In this document: positions 9,048 through 18,462 of the stretch, one piece after another | How the letters are laid out: the number at the start of each line of letters is the position of its first letter | How positions within the stretch are numbered: position 1 is the first letter of the stretch | Assembly: GCA_018819325.1 (NCBI GenBank) | Contig: JAHJQJ010000083.1 | Location: 1,067-65,066 of the forward strand | DNA: 64,000 bases | Direction of reading: 5' to 3' | Origin: Patescibacteria group bacterium | GTDB lineage: Bacteria; Patescibacteriota; Microgenomatia; UBA1400; MFAQ01 | Position numbers and translations under genes: made by a program | Notes under the pieces: generated by a model | Databases searched by the model: none | What the model was told of the DNA's origin: nothing | What the model saw: the letters and a program-made list of their open reading frames with translations, nothing else

Positions 9048-10503
9048 GAGTGAGTTTGAAAATTTTTATGTGATCTATTTGCCAGTCTGCTACGGTGTCG
9101 GCCGGACCAAAAATGGCAATTTGCCAAGCAGGGTTACCTTCTGGTTGACAGTCTTGATCTTCACAAATCACGAATAACTGATCTGAGATGCCATCCTCCC
9201 CCCTTATCATTTCTGCCTTTTTATTTTCTAAGAAATACCTATATGATTCGTCGTAGTTTTGTTTGGCAATTAGGCCGAAGTTGAATGGTTCCCCAGCTGA
9301 TTCTTTTATTACTAGGTCAATTACATCTTTAGTTCTTTGAAGCTGATTGTTTGGGGTTTGTTTAAGAGGGGATCTGTTAATGTTAACAATAACTAACCAA
9401 GAAAATAAAGCTATGCTCAAGAATTTATGAGCGTATGTACCTTGGAATAATCGGCTAATTACCCAACCAATCAGTATAAAAATTGCTGGCCAAAAGAAAC
9501 CAAAATAGTGAGCGTAAATAGGATGTTTGTACATACTAAGACCTAAAACGGCAAAACCTATCCAGGTAAACAAGATAATTGCGGGGGCTTTTTTCTTTTC
9601 TTTGGCAAAAGCCCAAAGACCAAGTAGAAAAACCGAAAAAGATATCAAGACAACATTTTCTTCTATTTGTCCAAGCAGTAGATCGGCGGTTATTTTGTTC
9701 CAGACAGGAAATAATCGGTCAGGATTGACTGGATTTAGATTTACGGTGGTCTGTTGAGTGGTGAAAAATGTTTTAAAAGCGTTGTAGTTTAACCCATTAT
9801 GTTTTAGATCGAATAATACCAAGGGACTCATTAAAAATAGAAAAATTACTAAGGATTTTAAACTGGTGGCCAGAAACTGTTTCTTTTTTATTGATAAAAG
9901 CCAGAAGGCTGCTAGAGTTGGAATTAACAATAACCCTAGGTAGTGCATTTGCAAAGCAAAGGCAAAAGATATGGCACTTAAGATTAACCAGCGGCGGTTT
10001 TTACCCTGCCAAACTTGATATATGCTAAAAATACTTAATAGGGCAAAAAGGGGCATAGGATTTGGATTCCATGAAGAACGCGAATAAATTATAGCCACTG
10101 GAGAAATGGCCATAAGAAAAGCGGCTACCAGACCAGAGAGTGGGTTGAACCATGTGCGGGCTACCCACCAAGTTAAACCAATGGTAAGGGCACCAATAAT
10201 GGCATTCAAAACTGCTGGGCCAACTGGATTTAAACCTGATAAGAAAAGGGCGGGGGTCATTAGATAATAGTACAAAGGACCTAAGTACATATTACCGATG
10301 CTGGTTTGCGGGCCAATAAAAGCCAGATTGCCTTTTAGAATATCTCTTACCACCCTAACATCCCTGCCTTCATCGCCTAAAAAAGTGAGATATTCATCGA
10401 TACGATAGAGACGAAGCAAGAGAGCCGCAAAAACGATAACTGTTAAGGCGATTATCTCTAGGCGATTTTTTTGAATAAATTGCTTAATTTTTTTACAACA
10501 CAT
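9037..10503 (-). CDS. ArnT/GT39-like GT-C glycosyltransferase
   Basis: GDEGRD...GPLYYYL, SRSSWNPN; paralog of the neighbour. Confidence 0.75.
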   Translation of the reverse strand: MCCKKIKQFIQKNRLEIIALTVIVFAALLLRLYRIDEYLTFLGDEGRDVRVVRDILKGNLAFIGPQTSIGNMYLGPLYYYLMTPALFLSGLNPVGPAVLNAIIGALTIGLTWWVARTWFNPLSGLVAAFLMAISPVAIIYSRSSWNPNPMPLFALLSIFSIYQVWQGKNRRWLILSAISFAFALQMHYLGLLLIPTLAAFWLLSIKKKQFLATSLKSLVIFLFLMSPLVLFDLKHNGLNYNAFKTFFTTQQTTVNLNPVNPDRLFPVWNKITADLLLGQIEENVVLISFSVFLLGLWAFAKEKKKAPAIILFTWIGFAVLGLSMYKHPIYAHYFGFFWPAIFILIGWVISRLFQGTYAHKFLSIALFSWLVIVNINRSPLKQTPNNQLQRTKDVIDLVIKESAGEPFNFGLIAKQNYDESYRYFLENKKAEMIRGEDGISDQLFVICEDQDCQPEGNPAWQIAIFGPADTVADWQIDHIKIFKLTHAK

Positions 10504-10504
10504 G

Positions 10505-11206
10505 TTATTTTAGGGCCCACCAGAGCTGGAGAGTTTCTTTTACGGCTTTAGAAATTACCTTTAAATTGCCACCGGTGGACTTGCCTGTAGTTCTTGGGTA
10601 ATGGCCTACCGGAACTTCTTTGAACTTATATCCGGCTCTTTTGGCGCGGATCAAAAACTCTGTTTCGGTAATGGCTGACTCTGTTTTTAATTTGGGCAAC
10701 CTATCTACCACTTCTTTCTTTATTAACTTGAAACCACAGTCGGCGTCTTTGACCCAGAATTTGAACCAAAATAAATTCCAAAGTTTTAAAAGATAGGCTG
10801 TGCCAATTCTTAAACCAGAGTCAGCTCTGTTTTGCCTGTAGCCAATAACCAAATCGTAATCATTAATGTATTTAATAAACTTGCCAATTTCTGCAAAGTC
10901 AAACTGGCCATCGGCGTCTATGAAGGAAATGTATTTATATTTTGACCCGTAGAGACCGGTTTTTAAGGCGCCGCCATAACCCTTGTTAGGGTTGTGGGTG
11001 ATCATTCTTACTACGTTTGGATTTTTTTTAATTATCTGGTTAACTACTTCTTCTGTTCTGTCTGTTGAACCATCATTGACCACCAAAATTTCGTATTTTT
11101 TAGCCACTTTCCTTAGAATTGCGTCTGACTTGATGATGGTTTGACTGATTACTTTCTCTTCGTTGTAGGCAGGGAGGAACAAGGAAAGTTCTGAAAGCTT
11201 CTTCAT
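10505..11206 (-). CDS. GT2 glycosyltransferase
   Basis: PAYNEE, NDGSTD, DADGQ, DADCGFK. Confidence 0.85.
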   Translation of the reverse strand: MKKLSELSLFLPAYNEEKVISQTIIKSDAILRKVAKKYEILVVNDGSTDRTEEVVNQIIKKNPNVVRMITHNPNKGYGGALKTGLYGSKYKYISFIDADGQFDFAEIGKFIKYINDYDLVIGYRQNRADSGLRIGTAYLLKLWNLFWFKFWVKDADCGFKLIKKEVVDRLPKLKTESAITETEFLIRAKRAGYKFKEVPVGHYPRTTGKSTGGNLKVISKAVKETLQLWWALK

Positions 11207-11230
11207 TATTTTTTAAGTATACTATAGATA

Positions 11231-12367
11231 ATGAAGAAACTGGTTAATAAATGGGTGCTGGTTGGTTTAGCGGTTTTTTCTGTTTTTTTGGTGTGGTTAC
11301 CATTTTATTTACGGCTAGATAACTTTTGGGGGCTTAATTTAAGTGAAGGGCCACTTGTTTTATGGAAGAATTTTGACGGGCCAAATTATTTAATTATTGC
11401 TAAGACTTGGTACAACAAAACGGCTATTGCTGCTGATTTTTCTTCTCCTTTACCTTTGGAATACTACCCAGCTCACTGGCCTTTGTATCCAGCAATAATC
11501 TTCTTGTTTGATCTTTTCTTACCAGGTCCTTGGGCCATGCTTTTTGCCAGTCTTTTAGGAGTGGCGATCTTTTACTTGGTGTTATATAAATTTTTAGTTC
11601 ATTTTGGGGTCAAACCCAAACAGGCTTTTTGCTTGGGGGTGGTTAGTTTAGTTTTACCGGCTAGATGGATTGCCTTGCGTTCGACAGGTTCACTCGAGGG
11701 CTGGTTTATGGCCTTTATTTTGCTATCGTTAATGGCTTACAAAAATAAAAAATACTGGCAGGCTGGATTGTGGGGGGCCTTGGCACAACTAACCAAGAGC
11801 CCAGCAATTTTATTGTTTGCCTCGTTTGGACTGTATGAGCTGTTGCAGGTTATAAAAAACCAAACGAGAGTCGCGATCGCGACTGTGAATTGGTTGAAGA
11901 CCAGCTTGATTCCCCTGACGGTATTGTTGGTTTTTGGTTTTTATTGGTTACGGACTGGTAATTTTTGGGCATATTTAAATAGTGGTGATAATTTTCATTT
12001 GTTTTGGCCACCGTTTTCTATATTTGGTAAGGGTGGAGCTTGGGTGGGAGATTTTTGGCTAGAGGAAATTATCTGGCTTTGGTTAATTTATGGCGTGGGG
12101 ACAGCCAAACTTTGGTTAAAAAATGAAAAATTACTGGCTGGGTTTGCAGGCATATTTTTTGCGTCTACTTTGTTTGTTTCACATAGAGACTTGGCCCGTT
12201 ACATTATCCCCATATTCCCGCTAATGCTTTTAGGCTACAAAGATGTGCTGGCTAAAAGGGAGTTTAAATGGGCCTTAGCCATAGTCGTTATTCCCGCTTT
12301 TCTATTTGCTCTTAATTTTATTTTGAACAATATGGCCCCAGTCGCCGATTGGGCACCGTATTTATAA
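11231..12367 (+). CDS. GT-C membrane glycosyltransferase (PIG-V/mannosyltransferase-like)
   Basis: FDGPNY..IA, PLYP and RY motifs; multi-TM. Confidence 0.6.
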   Translation: MKKLVNKWVLVGLAVFSVFLVWLPFYLRLDNFWGLNLSEGPLVLWKNFDGPNYLIIAKTWYNKTAIAADFSSPLPLEYYPAHWPLYPAIIFLFDLFLPGPWAMLFASLLGVAIFYLVLYKFLVHFGVKPKQAFCLGVVSLVLPARWIALRSTGSLEGWFMAFILLSLMAYKNKKYWQAGLWGALAQLTKSPAILLFASFGLYELLQVIKNQTRVAIATVNWLKTSLIPLTVLLVFGFYWLRTGNFWAYLNSGDNFHLFWPPFSIFGKGGAWVGDFWLEEIIWLWLIYGVGTAKLWLKNEKLLAGFAGIFFASTLFVSHRDLARYIIPIFPLMLLGYKDVLAKREFKWALAIVVIPAFLFALNFILNNMAPVADWAPYL

Positions 12368-12369
12368 AT

Positions 12370-13527
12370 TCATTTTTTCTTCCAGATGATTTTGTTGTAC
12401 ATGATCCAGTTGTAGGGGAGGACGAGGAAAAGGATTATGAATGGGAGGAGTAATTGGCGATACTGGGCACCAAATACACTGACACCGATGGTGCCGACTA
12501 CAGTTTGAATAATTAAAGCGCCAGCTGAAGTGAAGTTGAACTGGAGGAACTTTTTAGTGAGGGCGGACAAGCCTTTGATTTTATCTGACTTGAAGGTCCA
12601 GATATTATTTAGAGTGAAGTTGGAGATGATGGCGGCTTCTGTGGAGACACCCCAAGCCATCCACTCTGGTTGACCTAGATTGGCAACTAACTGAAGTAAG
12701 GTAGCATTGACTAAGTAACCGATGAAACCTACCGTACCAAACTTTAAGAATTTTTTTACAAAAGGATCGTCATATAATCTTACGTGCAAAACTGTTTTTA
12801 GAGTGTCTGCAGCGGTTTTAGGTTCAATTTTTGACTCACCTACCGTGCGAAGGCCAAACTGTAGGGGAATTTCTTTTATTTTGGCTCCAAGTAAGACCAT
12901 TTTGAACAAAAACTCTAATTTGTAGGCGAAGCTTTTGGTGTAGAGATTGTCCATGTCCATTTTGTTTACAAAACCCTTGACTCTACTGGCCTTAAGACCG
13001 GTGGTGGGGTCGGTGATTTTGAAGAAGTTCTTGAAAGGGAAGAAGAGGATAAAACGGGCCGTAAAACCACCTACTTCTGAGAAGAAAACTCTTTTGAATC
13101 CCCAACCTTTGGGATTACTGCCACCTTTGATTTTTCTGGAACCCAAAACGTAGTCTGCGCCGTTTTCGATTTCTTTTAACATGGCGGGGATAGTTTCTGG
13201 TGGGTGTTGGAAATCGCTATCGAACTCTATGATTGTGTCTGCGTCTAATTTATTCATGGCTTCCTTGAAGCCCTTAACGTAAGCGTTACCTATACCGGCT
13301 TTTTCTTTGTTTAATAGTAAATAAAGGTCTTTGTATTTCTTTTGTTTTTCTTGAACTACTTTGTAGGTGCCGTCGGGTGAGGTGTCGTCGACTACCAATA
13401 ATTTACAGTGCCAGTTTTTTATTTGGGGAAAGGTTTTCTTAAATAGGTGATCAATCATCTTGCCGATTGAATCGACTTCGTTATATGTGGGGATGACTAC
13501 TACGGCGGTTTGTTTTTTGTTGTTCAT
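12370..13527 (-). CDS. Polyprenol-monophosphomannose synthase-like GT2 fused to a C-terminal GtrA domain
   Basis: PTYNE, DDTSPDGT, DSDFQHPP; C-terminal KFGTVG..SNFTLNNIWTF. Confidence 0.85.
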   Translation of the reverse strand: MNNKKQTAVVVIPTYNEVDSIGKMIDHLFKKTFPQIKNWHCKLLVVDDTSPDGTYKVVQEKQKKYKDLYLLLNKEKAGIGNAYVKGFKEAMNKLDADTIIEFDSDFQHPPETIPAMLKEIENGADYVLGSRKIKGGSNPKGWGFKRVFFSEVGGFTARFILFFPFKNFFKITDPTTGLKASRVKGFVNKMDMDNLYTKSFAYKLEFLFKMVLLGAKIKEIPLQFGLRTVGESKIEPKTAADTLKTVLHVRLYDDPFVKKFLKFGTVGFIGYLVNATLLQLVANLGQPEWMAWGVSTEAAIISNFTLNNIWTFKSDKIKGLSALTKKFLQFNFTSAGALIIQTVVGTIGVSVFGAQYRQLLLPFIILFLVLPYNWIMYNKIIWKKK

Positions 13528-13738
13528 GGAGTAAGTATAGCATTTGGATATAGTTTGGTGCACCGACCATCTTGTTCAAACCAAGTTAAATCTAGTGGAA
13601 GGTTCTCACATAGCTTGGTTCCCAGATATGACAGGGTTTCTTTCATTTGATTGATTAAGGTTGATAACTGAATTGTATTATAAACTGTGGTGATCTGGGT
13701 GAGCGTGGTGCAACGACCCCCTGAGTAAATCTGGGTAT

Positions 13739-14314
13739 CTATTTTAAATAAACAGCATAAGGAGCTTTTAACTTACTGCTTGCAATTATATCTCGATATC
13801 TTGATTTCATACCTTGGCTATTTTTTTTAACTACACAAACAGTAGACGCTCCTTGTGATGTTTTTACAGATCTAGAATCATCGAAAAAATCCGAATATTG
13901 CCACAGATCAATCTTTATATTTTTAACAACACCAATCTCATCCAAAACAAGCCCTGTTGTATTGCTGTCTACTTTTCCGGTTACCTTAATTTCCTTAGGA
14001 ACATTTAACCAATTAACATTATCGTCAGAAAACTGTTGTGCTTTTGATATTGTTTTGGTTGGTTGGGCACCGCCTTTTTGAGATGGGGCAATAAAAAGAC
14101 AATAAATTTCTTGTGAATTACTAAGGGCAGTTTGACAGATTTGCTGAATTTGTCCTGTTTTAGCACGAAAAGACTTGATCAACCAAAATGTTTTCCCAGT
14201 GTTATTAATCTCTTGTCGTTTTCTATCGAGGATGCCAAAAAGTGTTTCTCCTGCGTGAACTCCCACCACACTTAAAACGAGAAATTTATTGTTTAGGATT
14301 TTTGAGATGTTCAT
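13739..14314 (-). CDS. Cassette (distal): hypothetical protein
   Basis: About 191-aa ORF; HAGE..I..RK..EI...G..FW motif; no downstream attC-like site preserved. Confidence 0.7.
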   Translation of the reverse strand: MNISKILNNKFLVLSVVGVHAGETLFGILDRKRQEINNTGKTFWLIKSFRAKTGQIQQICQTALSNSQEIYCLFIAPSQKGGAQPTKTISKAQQFSDDNVNWLNVPKEIKVTGKVDSNTTGLVLDEIGVVKNIKIDLWQYSDFFDDSRSVKTSQGASTVCVVKKNSQGMKSRYRDIIASSKLKAPYAVYLK

Positions 14315-14344
14315 CACGATAGAATAGATACTCAGATTTATTTC

Positions 14345-14438
14345 GCCTAACGTTTCGGACTATACGAAGTCCTGATTCTGATTTTATCAGGATTTGGGTT
14401 AAATTTCTTCAAAATTTACCGTATAGTCCGTGTTAGGC
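14345..14438 (-). other. attC-like recombination site 1 (94 bp)
   Basis: + strand GCCTAAC GTTT CGGACTATACG...CGTATAGTCCG T GTTAGGC. Confidence 0.85.
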
Positions 14439-14447
14439 GATGGAAAT

Positions 14448-14726
14448 TTATTCCGCTATACAAATTCTAAAAGTTCCCCAGCCAGTATAGCTTGAGGGGC
14501 GACCTCCAAGCTTACGGCATTCTTCATCATCTTCAACACCTTGATAAATCTTGACCATATATTTCTCTCTAGGCCCAGGACAATAGTCGCTACAAGCAAA
14601 GTGGTCAACAATAGGAGGTTTTTCTATGTCAGTCACCTCTGAACTTTTTGGAACCTTTGATAGAAATACAAAAGCCAAGACGACAATGATTGTTGCTGTG
14701 ATTGTTAAAACAATTAGTTTTTTCAT
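14448..14726 (-). CDS. Cassette: small membrane-anchored/secreted Cys-rich protein (92 aa)
   Basis: Start MKKLIVL; TM then CSDYCPGP..C..C; the longer ORF call crosses the attC-like site. Confidence 0.7.
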   Translation of the reverse strand: MKKLIVLTITATIIVVLAFVFLSKVPKSSEVTDIEKPPIVDHFACSDYCPGPREKYMVKIYQGVEDDEECRKLGGRPSSYTGWGTFRICIAE

Positions 14727-14756
14727 AAATTCATTATAAAGGAATAAATTTATTTC

Positions 14757-14856
14757 ACATAACGTTTGGGATATACGAAGTTTTTCTGTAGCGTAGTGAA
14801 AGAAAAATTTGGGTGAGGGGCGAGCCGAGCCCCGAACCGTATATCCCTTGTTATAC
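14757..14856 (-). other. attC-like recombination site 2 (100 bp)
   Basis: ACATAAC GTTT GGGATATACG...CGTATATCCC TT GTTATAC. Confidence 0.85.
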
Positions 14857-15084
14857 GCCCAGAACGAAAAGCGATATGATTTCTTATCGCTTAAGTGAAA
14901 GTACAACGGGGCGCGACCAAAGGGAGCGAGTTCAAAAAATATTTTTCAACCTTCACTCTCTTAAGTCTCTCTGGGATAAATTTGTTTTCTCTTTTGGGCG
15001 AATGGCAGAGGGGAACCAAAGGGGTGAATGCCTGAGCCCAATTCATCTATCGCACTGTCTTTATTTTCAGCTTGGTTGTGTACC

Positions 15085-15882
15085 CTAATTATTACAAAAA
15101 TTGTTTTCAATTGGCTGTTTGATTTCTTTAACAAAGCCACCTGAGTTACCGTCATACCAAAGTTCGTAATAAGGTTGTGACGCCTTATCAGACGATGTAT
15201 CAGTCATTCTGACTTTTAATATAGCTTGATTAGTTTGAATTTCCCAGCCAAAACTTTTATCCCATGAGGTAGATGTGATTCCGTACACTTTTTTAGCAAG
15301 ACAGGGATAGTTTTGTATAGTATATACTCCGGCCTTCTCTTTTAAGAATTCATGATAAGCTATTTTGCTTAGGGTTTTGTAGGAATTTACCTTTATTGCA
15401 GTGGTTGGACCTTGGTAATTCATATCGTCATATTTAGATTTTGGTAAAGTAGTTTTTTCACCAATTACTTGAATGATTAAACCAGAATGACCATCCTCAA
15501 TATTGCCGAGCAAAGGAGTGTAGGATTTCATCTCAGAGTCCCAAAGTTTGTATCTTGGGCCACAACCTTCTGGGATCATGCAATTAGAAACAGTTGTAAA
15601 TATTCCGTAATAAACTTCTCCTGTAACATCGCGATTAACAGCTCCCGAAGATGGTAGTGGGGTTGGTTGTTGATTTTCTAGTGGTTGTTTTACTTGGTAG
15701 GATTTGTATCCTAATACTCCTGTTACACTGATAAGTAGAACAACAAGAGAGATTAATGTCCAAGGTTTTTTCTTAGGAGATGTGGGTTGCTGTGGTGGGG
15801 TTTGTGGTTCTATGGGAGTAGTAGTTGATTGAGGATCAGTAGTTATGGGGATTTGGTCTACTGTTGATTCGTTTGCTTGCAT
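15085..15882 (-). CDS. Cassette: single-pass membrane protein with Pro/Gln-rich N-terminus
   Basis: 265 aa; KKKPW-TM; own -10 (TACAAT) upstream. Confidence 0.75.
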   Translation of the reverse strand: MQANESTVDQIPITTDPQSTTTPIEPQTPPQQPTSPKKKPWTLISLVVLLISVTGVLGYKSYQVKQPLENQQPTPLPSSGAVNRDVTGEVYYGIFTTVSNCMIPEGCGPRYKLWDSEMKSYTPLLGNIEDGHSGLIIQVIGEKTTLPKSKYDDMNYQGPTTAIKVNSYKTLSKIAYHEFLKEKAGVYTIQNYPCLAKKVYGITSTSWDKSFGWEIQTNQAILKVRMTDTSSDKASQPYYELWYDGNSGGFVKEIKQPIENNFCNN

Positions 15883-15983
15883 GTTGTGATAATTGTAGCA
15901 CTTATTTGATTCCCTCTATAGATAACAAATTTGCTTCCCCCTGCTATCAACCTTCACTGGTTGAAAAATATTTTTTGAATTGC

Positions 15984-16109
15984 GTACAACGTTTCTGCGT
16001 ATGCGATGTTTGCCACTGCTATAATATCGCGAAGCGGTAGCAGTGGCAAATATGGGCGTAGGCTTGCGGAGGTACGGAGCAAGCTGTAGCCGCATACGCT
16101 GTGTTATAT
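15984..16109 (-). other. attC-like recombination site 3 (126 bp)
   Basis: GTACAAC GTTTCT GCGTATGCG...CGCATACGC TGT GTTATAT. Confidence 0.85.
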
Positions 16110-16344
16110 GATGTACATGTTTTCCTTTAGTTTCTTGAAAAGAAACTGCTCTTAAAAAGAATCTGCTTTTATTTTTCCGTTTTGGGCGAAGGGCAGAGGG
16201 GAATTAAAGGGGTGAATGCCCGTAGTCCAAAACTCCCTGTTCTGCCTTTCTATTTACAGTAAAGCTTCATTAGCCGATGAACAATGAGAGTCTTTTCATA
16301 TTGATTTAAAAAAATCAGCAGATGATTTATTCGCGTATATGACA

Positions 16345-17091
16345 TTAAACGATTTCACAATAACATGGATTAAAAATTTTAATATTTTCCTGCGGATAAC
16401 CTCTTGAATTACACACAATTTTTGTATCCCCAATTTTATAACTTAGCTTCGTATGAACATGTCCATGAATCCATAATTGGATATTGTGAGATAGAATAAA
16501 TTCTTCAAGATTGCTAGCAAATGATGCAGAAAGTACGTCGTTTTTATATTCACAACCAATGGATTGCATACTTGGAGCGTGATGGGTAATCACAACATTC
16601 TTTTCGTGTTTCCTTTTTAGCAATTCACGGGATAACCAATTTTTGGATTTATAGTAAGCGTCTGCCGCAGACAATGGTGAGAATTTTTTGGAAGCTGAAT
16701 TCATTCGAATAATTCTAAAATCATTTATCTGTTGGGTTGCTATAACACTTGCGACATGAAAATCTCCATAAAGTTTAAAATCTGTCCAAAGCGTACAGCC
16801 TAAAAAATTAACCCCATTATATGTAAATACGTCATTTTCAAGAATATGAATATTTGTATTTTTAGCTTGATTCCGAATTTCTTCTAAAATATCTGGATAC
16901 GTATGATGGTAATATTCGTGATTTCCAATGATATACAAGACAGGGACACCAACATCCTGTCTTGTAATCCAATCAATGCCCTTTGCGCCTACATGAATAT
17001 CACCGGCTAATATCAATATATCCGCATCAGTTTTAGGGATTTTGAATTCTTCAAATTCGTTGTGAATATCACTGAGAATGTGGATTTTCAT
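16345..17091 (-). CDS. Cassette: calcineurin-like metallophosphoesterase
   Basis: SDIH, AGD, GNHE, THH and HGHVH motifs. Confidence 0.9.
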   Translation of the reverse strand: MKIHILSDIHNEFEEFKIPKTDADILILAGDIHVGAKGIDWITRQDVGVPVLYIIGNHEYYHHTYPDILEEIRNQAKNTNIHILENDVFTYNGVNFLGCTLWTDFKLYGDFHVASVIATQQINDFRIIRMNSASKKFSPLSAADAYYKSKNWLSRELLKRKHEKNVVITHHAPSMQSIGCEYKNDVLSASFASNLEEFILSHNIQLWIHGHVHTKLSYKIGDTKIVCNSRGYPQENIKIFNPCYCEIV

Positions 17092-17279
17092 TTTATGGTG
17101 GTTAAATACTGGCAGTCAAGCCACTTAACACGAGGGCGACATAACAAATATTAAAATTAAAGCGTTTTCGCAACGGAGCGGAGAAAACTCCATATTTCCC
17201 CTCTATATAAAAGAAAAACAAAATCAGATTCTTTTTAAGAGCTGGGGCGATAGCCCCACAAAAGGAAAACATGTATTTC

Positions 17280-17392
17280 ACATAACGTTTCTGTATATCT
17301 GATGTCGAAACGCTCTATGCTTGATTTTAGCAGAGCGTGAACGATATGGGTCGAGGAGGTGCAACCGACGAGCCAGATATACAGTGTTATGT
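17280..17392 (-). other. attC-like recombination site 4 (113 bp)
   Basis: ACATAAC GTTT CTGTATATCTG...CAGATATACAG T GTTATGT. Confidence 0.85.
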
Positions 17393-17485
17393 GTCCCGAA
17401 CAAGGTTGCTAGAATTTTTAAGCAACCGAAGTGAGAGTGCAACGTGGTGCGACCAAAGGGAGCAAGTTGAGTGATATTCTTGAGA

Positions 17486-18271
17486 TCAGGAAAAAAGCAA
17501 GAAAAAAAATACAATCCATGTAATAAAGTATGGAATTATGAATTTCTTTCTTTTTTCTTTCCACTCTAGAAACGCTGGTTTGGTTGCCTTGAACTTGCCA
17601 GGAACTTTTTGGACAATGAAGGTCTTGTAAAGTTCGACCAACATCCGTTCGCCACCCAAACTGGCAACCAATAGTAGCGAATAATTAAAAGTGAAAAAAG
17701 AAAAAATTATGCCCCAAATACCACTAGCGATTGGACTGCGGAAAAACTTGATTCGCTCGAAACCTTCGATGGGCGCATCCTTCCATGCCCCACCACTGGC
17801 GGAACCAACTAGCCCTGCGAAGAAACCCCAGAATAAACCATTAAGTTGGTGATTGCCGAAATCTATCGTTAAAATTGAGGGCATGGAAAAGAGAAGCGAG
17901 ATCAGGAAAAGAAAGGCGACACCGATGAATAGTCTCAGAGACTTATTATCTATTGTGTTGCCAAAAATGTGGAGTCGCGAAGGTATCTTATACTTATCCT
18001 GTTTTTCTTCTCTCACAAAAGCTTTGAATGACTCGGTGAATATACGCTCCAAAGTGACGATAACTGCAAAGACAACTCCTAAGTTGACGCCAGTAATTTG
18101 AAAATATTGAAAGAAGAAAAACAGCAAGATACCGAGCGATGACCCGGCAACAATACTTCTAATAAATCTCTGAGACTGGAAATGCTCATAGAGCGAATCC
18201 TTGTACGCCCCCCAGCATGATGAAAGCAGTCCACTGACTGCTCCGATAATTCCATACTTTATTAATTCCAT
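17486..18271 (-). CDS. Cassette: multi-pass membrane protein with internal duplication
   Basis: GAYKDSLYEHF..RFIRS and GAWKDAPIEGF..KFFRS repeats; start MELIK preceded by TATACT. Confidence 0.7.
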   Translation of the reverse strand: MELIKYGIIGAVSGLLSSCWGAYKDSLYEHFQSQRFIRSIVAGSSLGILLFFFFQYFQITGVNLGVVFAVIVTLERIFTESFKAFVREEKQDKYKIPSRLHIFGNTIDNKSLRLFIGVAFLFLISLLFSMPSILTIDFGNHQLNGLFWGFFAGLVGSASGGAWKDAPIEGFERIKFFRSPIASGIWGIIFSFFTFNYSLLLVASLGGERMLVELYKTFIVQKVPGKFKATKPAFLEWKEKRKKFIIPYFITWIVFFFLLFS

Positions 18272-18341
18272 AATGAAAGTATAGTTGATCGCTACCCAAA
18301 CAACTAGAAGAAATAGTGTAAAAAGAATATCACTCAATTAC

Positions 18342-18430
18342 ACATAACGTATCCAGCATAAAAGAAGTTTTTGCGAAGCAAAAATTTGGGTGAGTGCCGT
18401 AAGGCACGAACCTTTTATGCTGTGTTATAC
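18342..18430 (-). other. attC-like recombination site 5 (89 bp)
   Basis: ACATAAC GTATC CAGCATAAAAG...CTTTTATGCTG T GTTATAC. Confidence 0.85.
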
Positions 18431-18462
18431 GCTGTTGGTCGCTAAATAAATTGATCATTGTT

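Noticed and set aside
13525-13646. Possible 40-aa ORF (MKETLSYLG...) left of the array
   Set aside because: No recognisable homology and no att site; too short to support.
14727-14906. N-terminal extension of the 152-aa ORF and overlapping small ORFs (14813-15088, 14961-15155, 17278-17514)
   Set aside because: They run through att sites and non-coding modules; better starts exist inside the cassettes.
14345-18430. Recurring palindromes as a CRISPR array
   Set aside because: Units are not identical, are separated by whole genes, and no cas genes are present.
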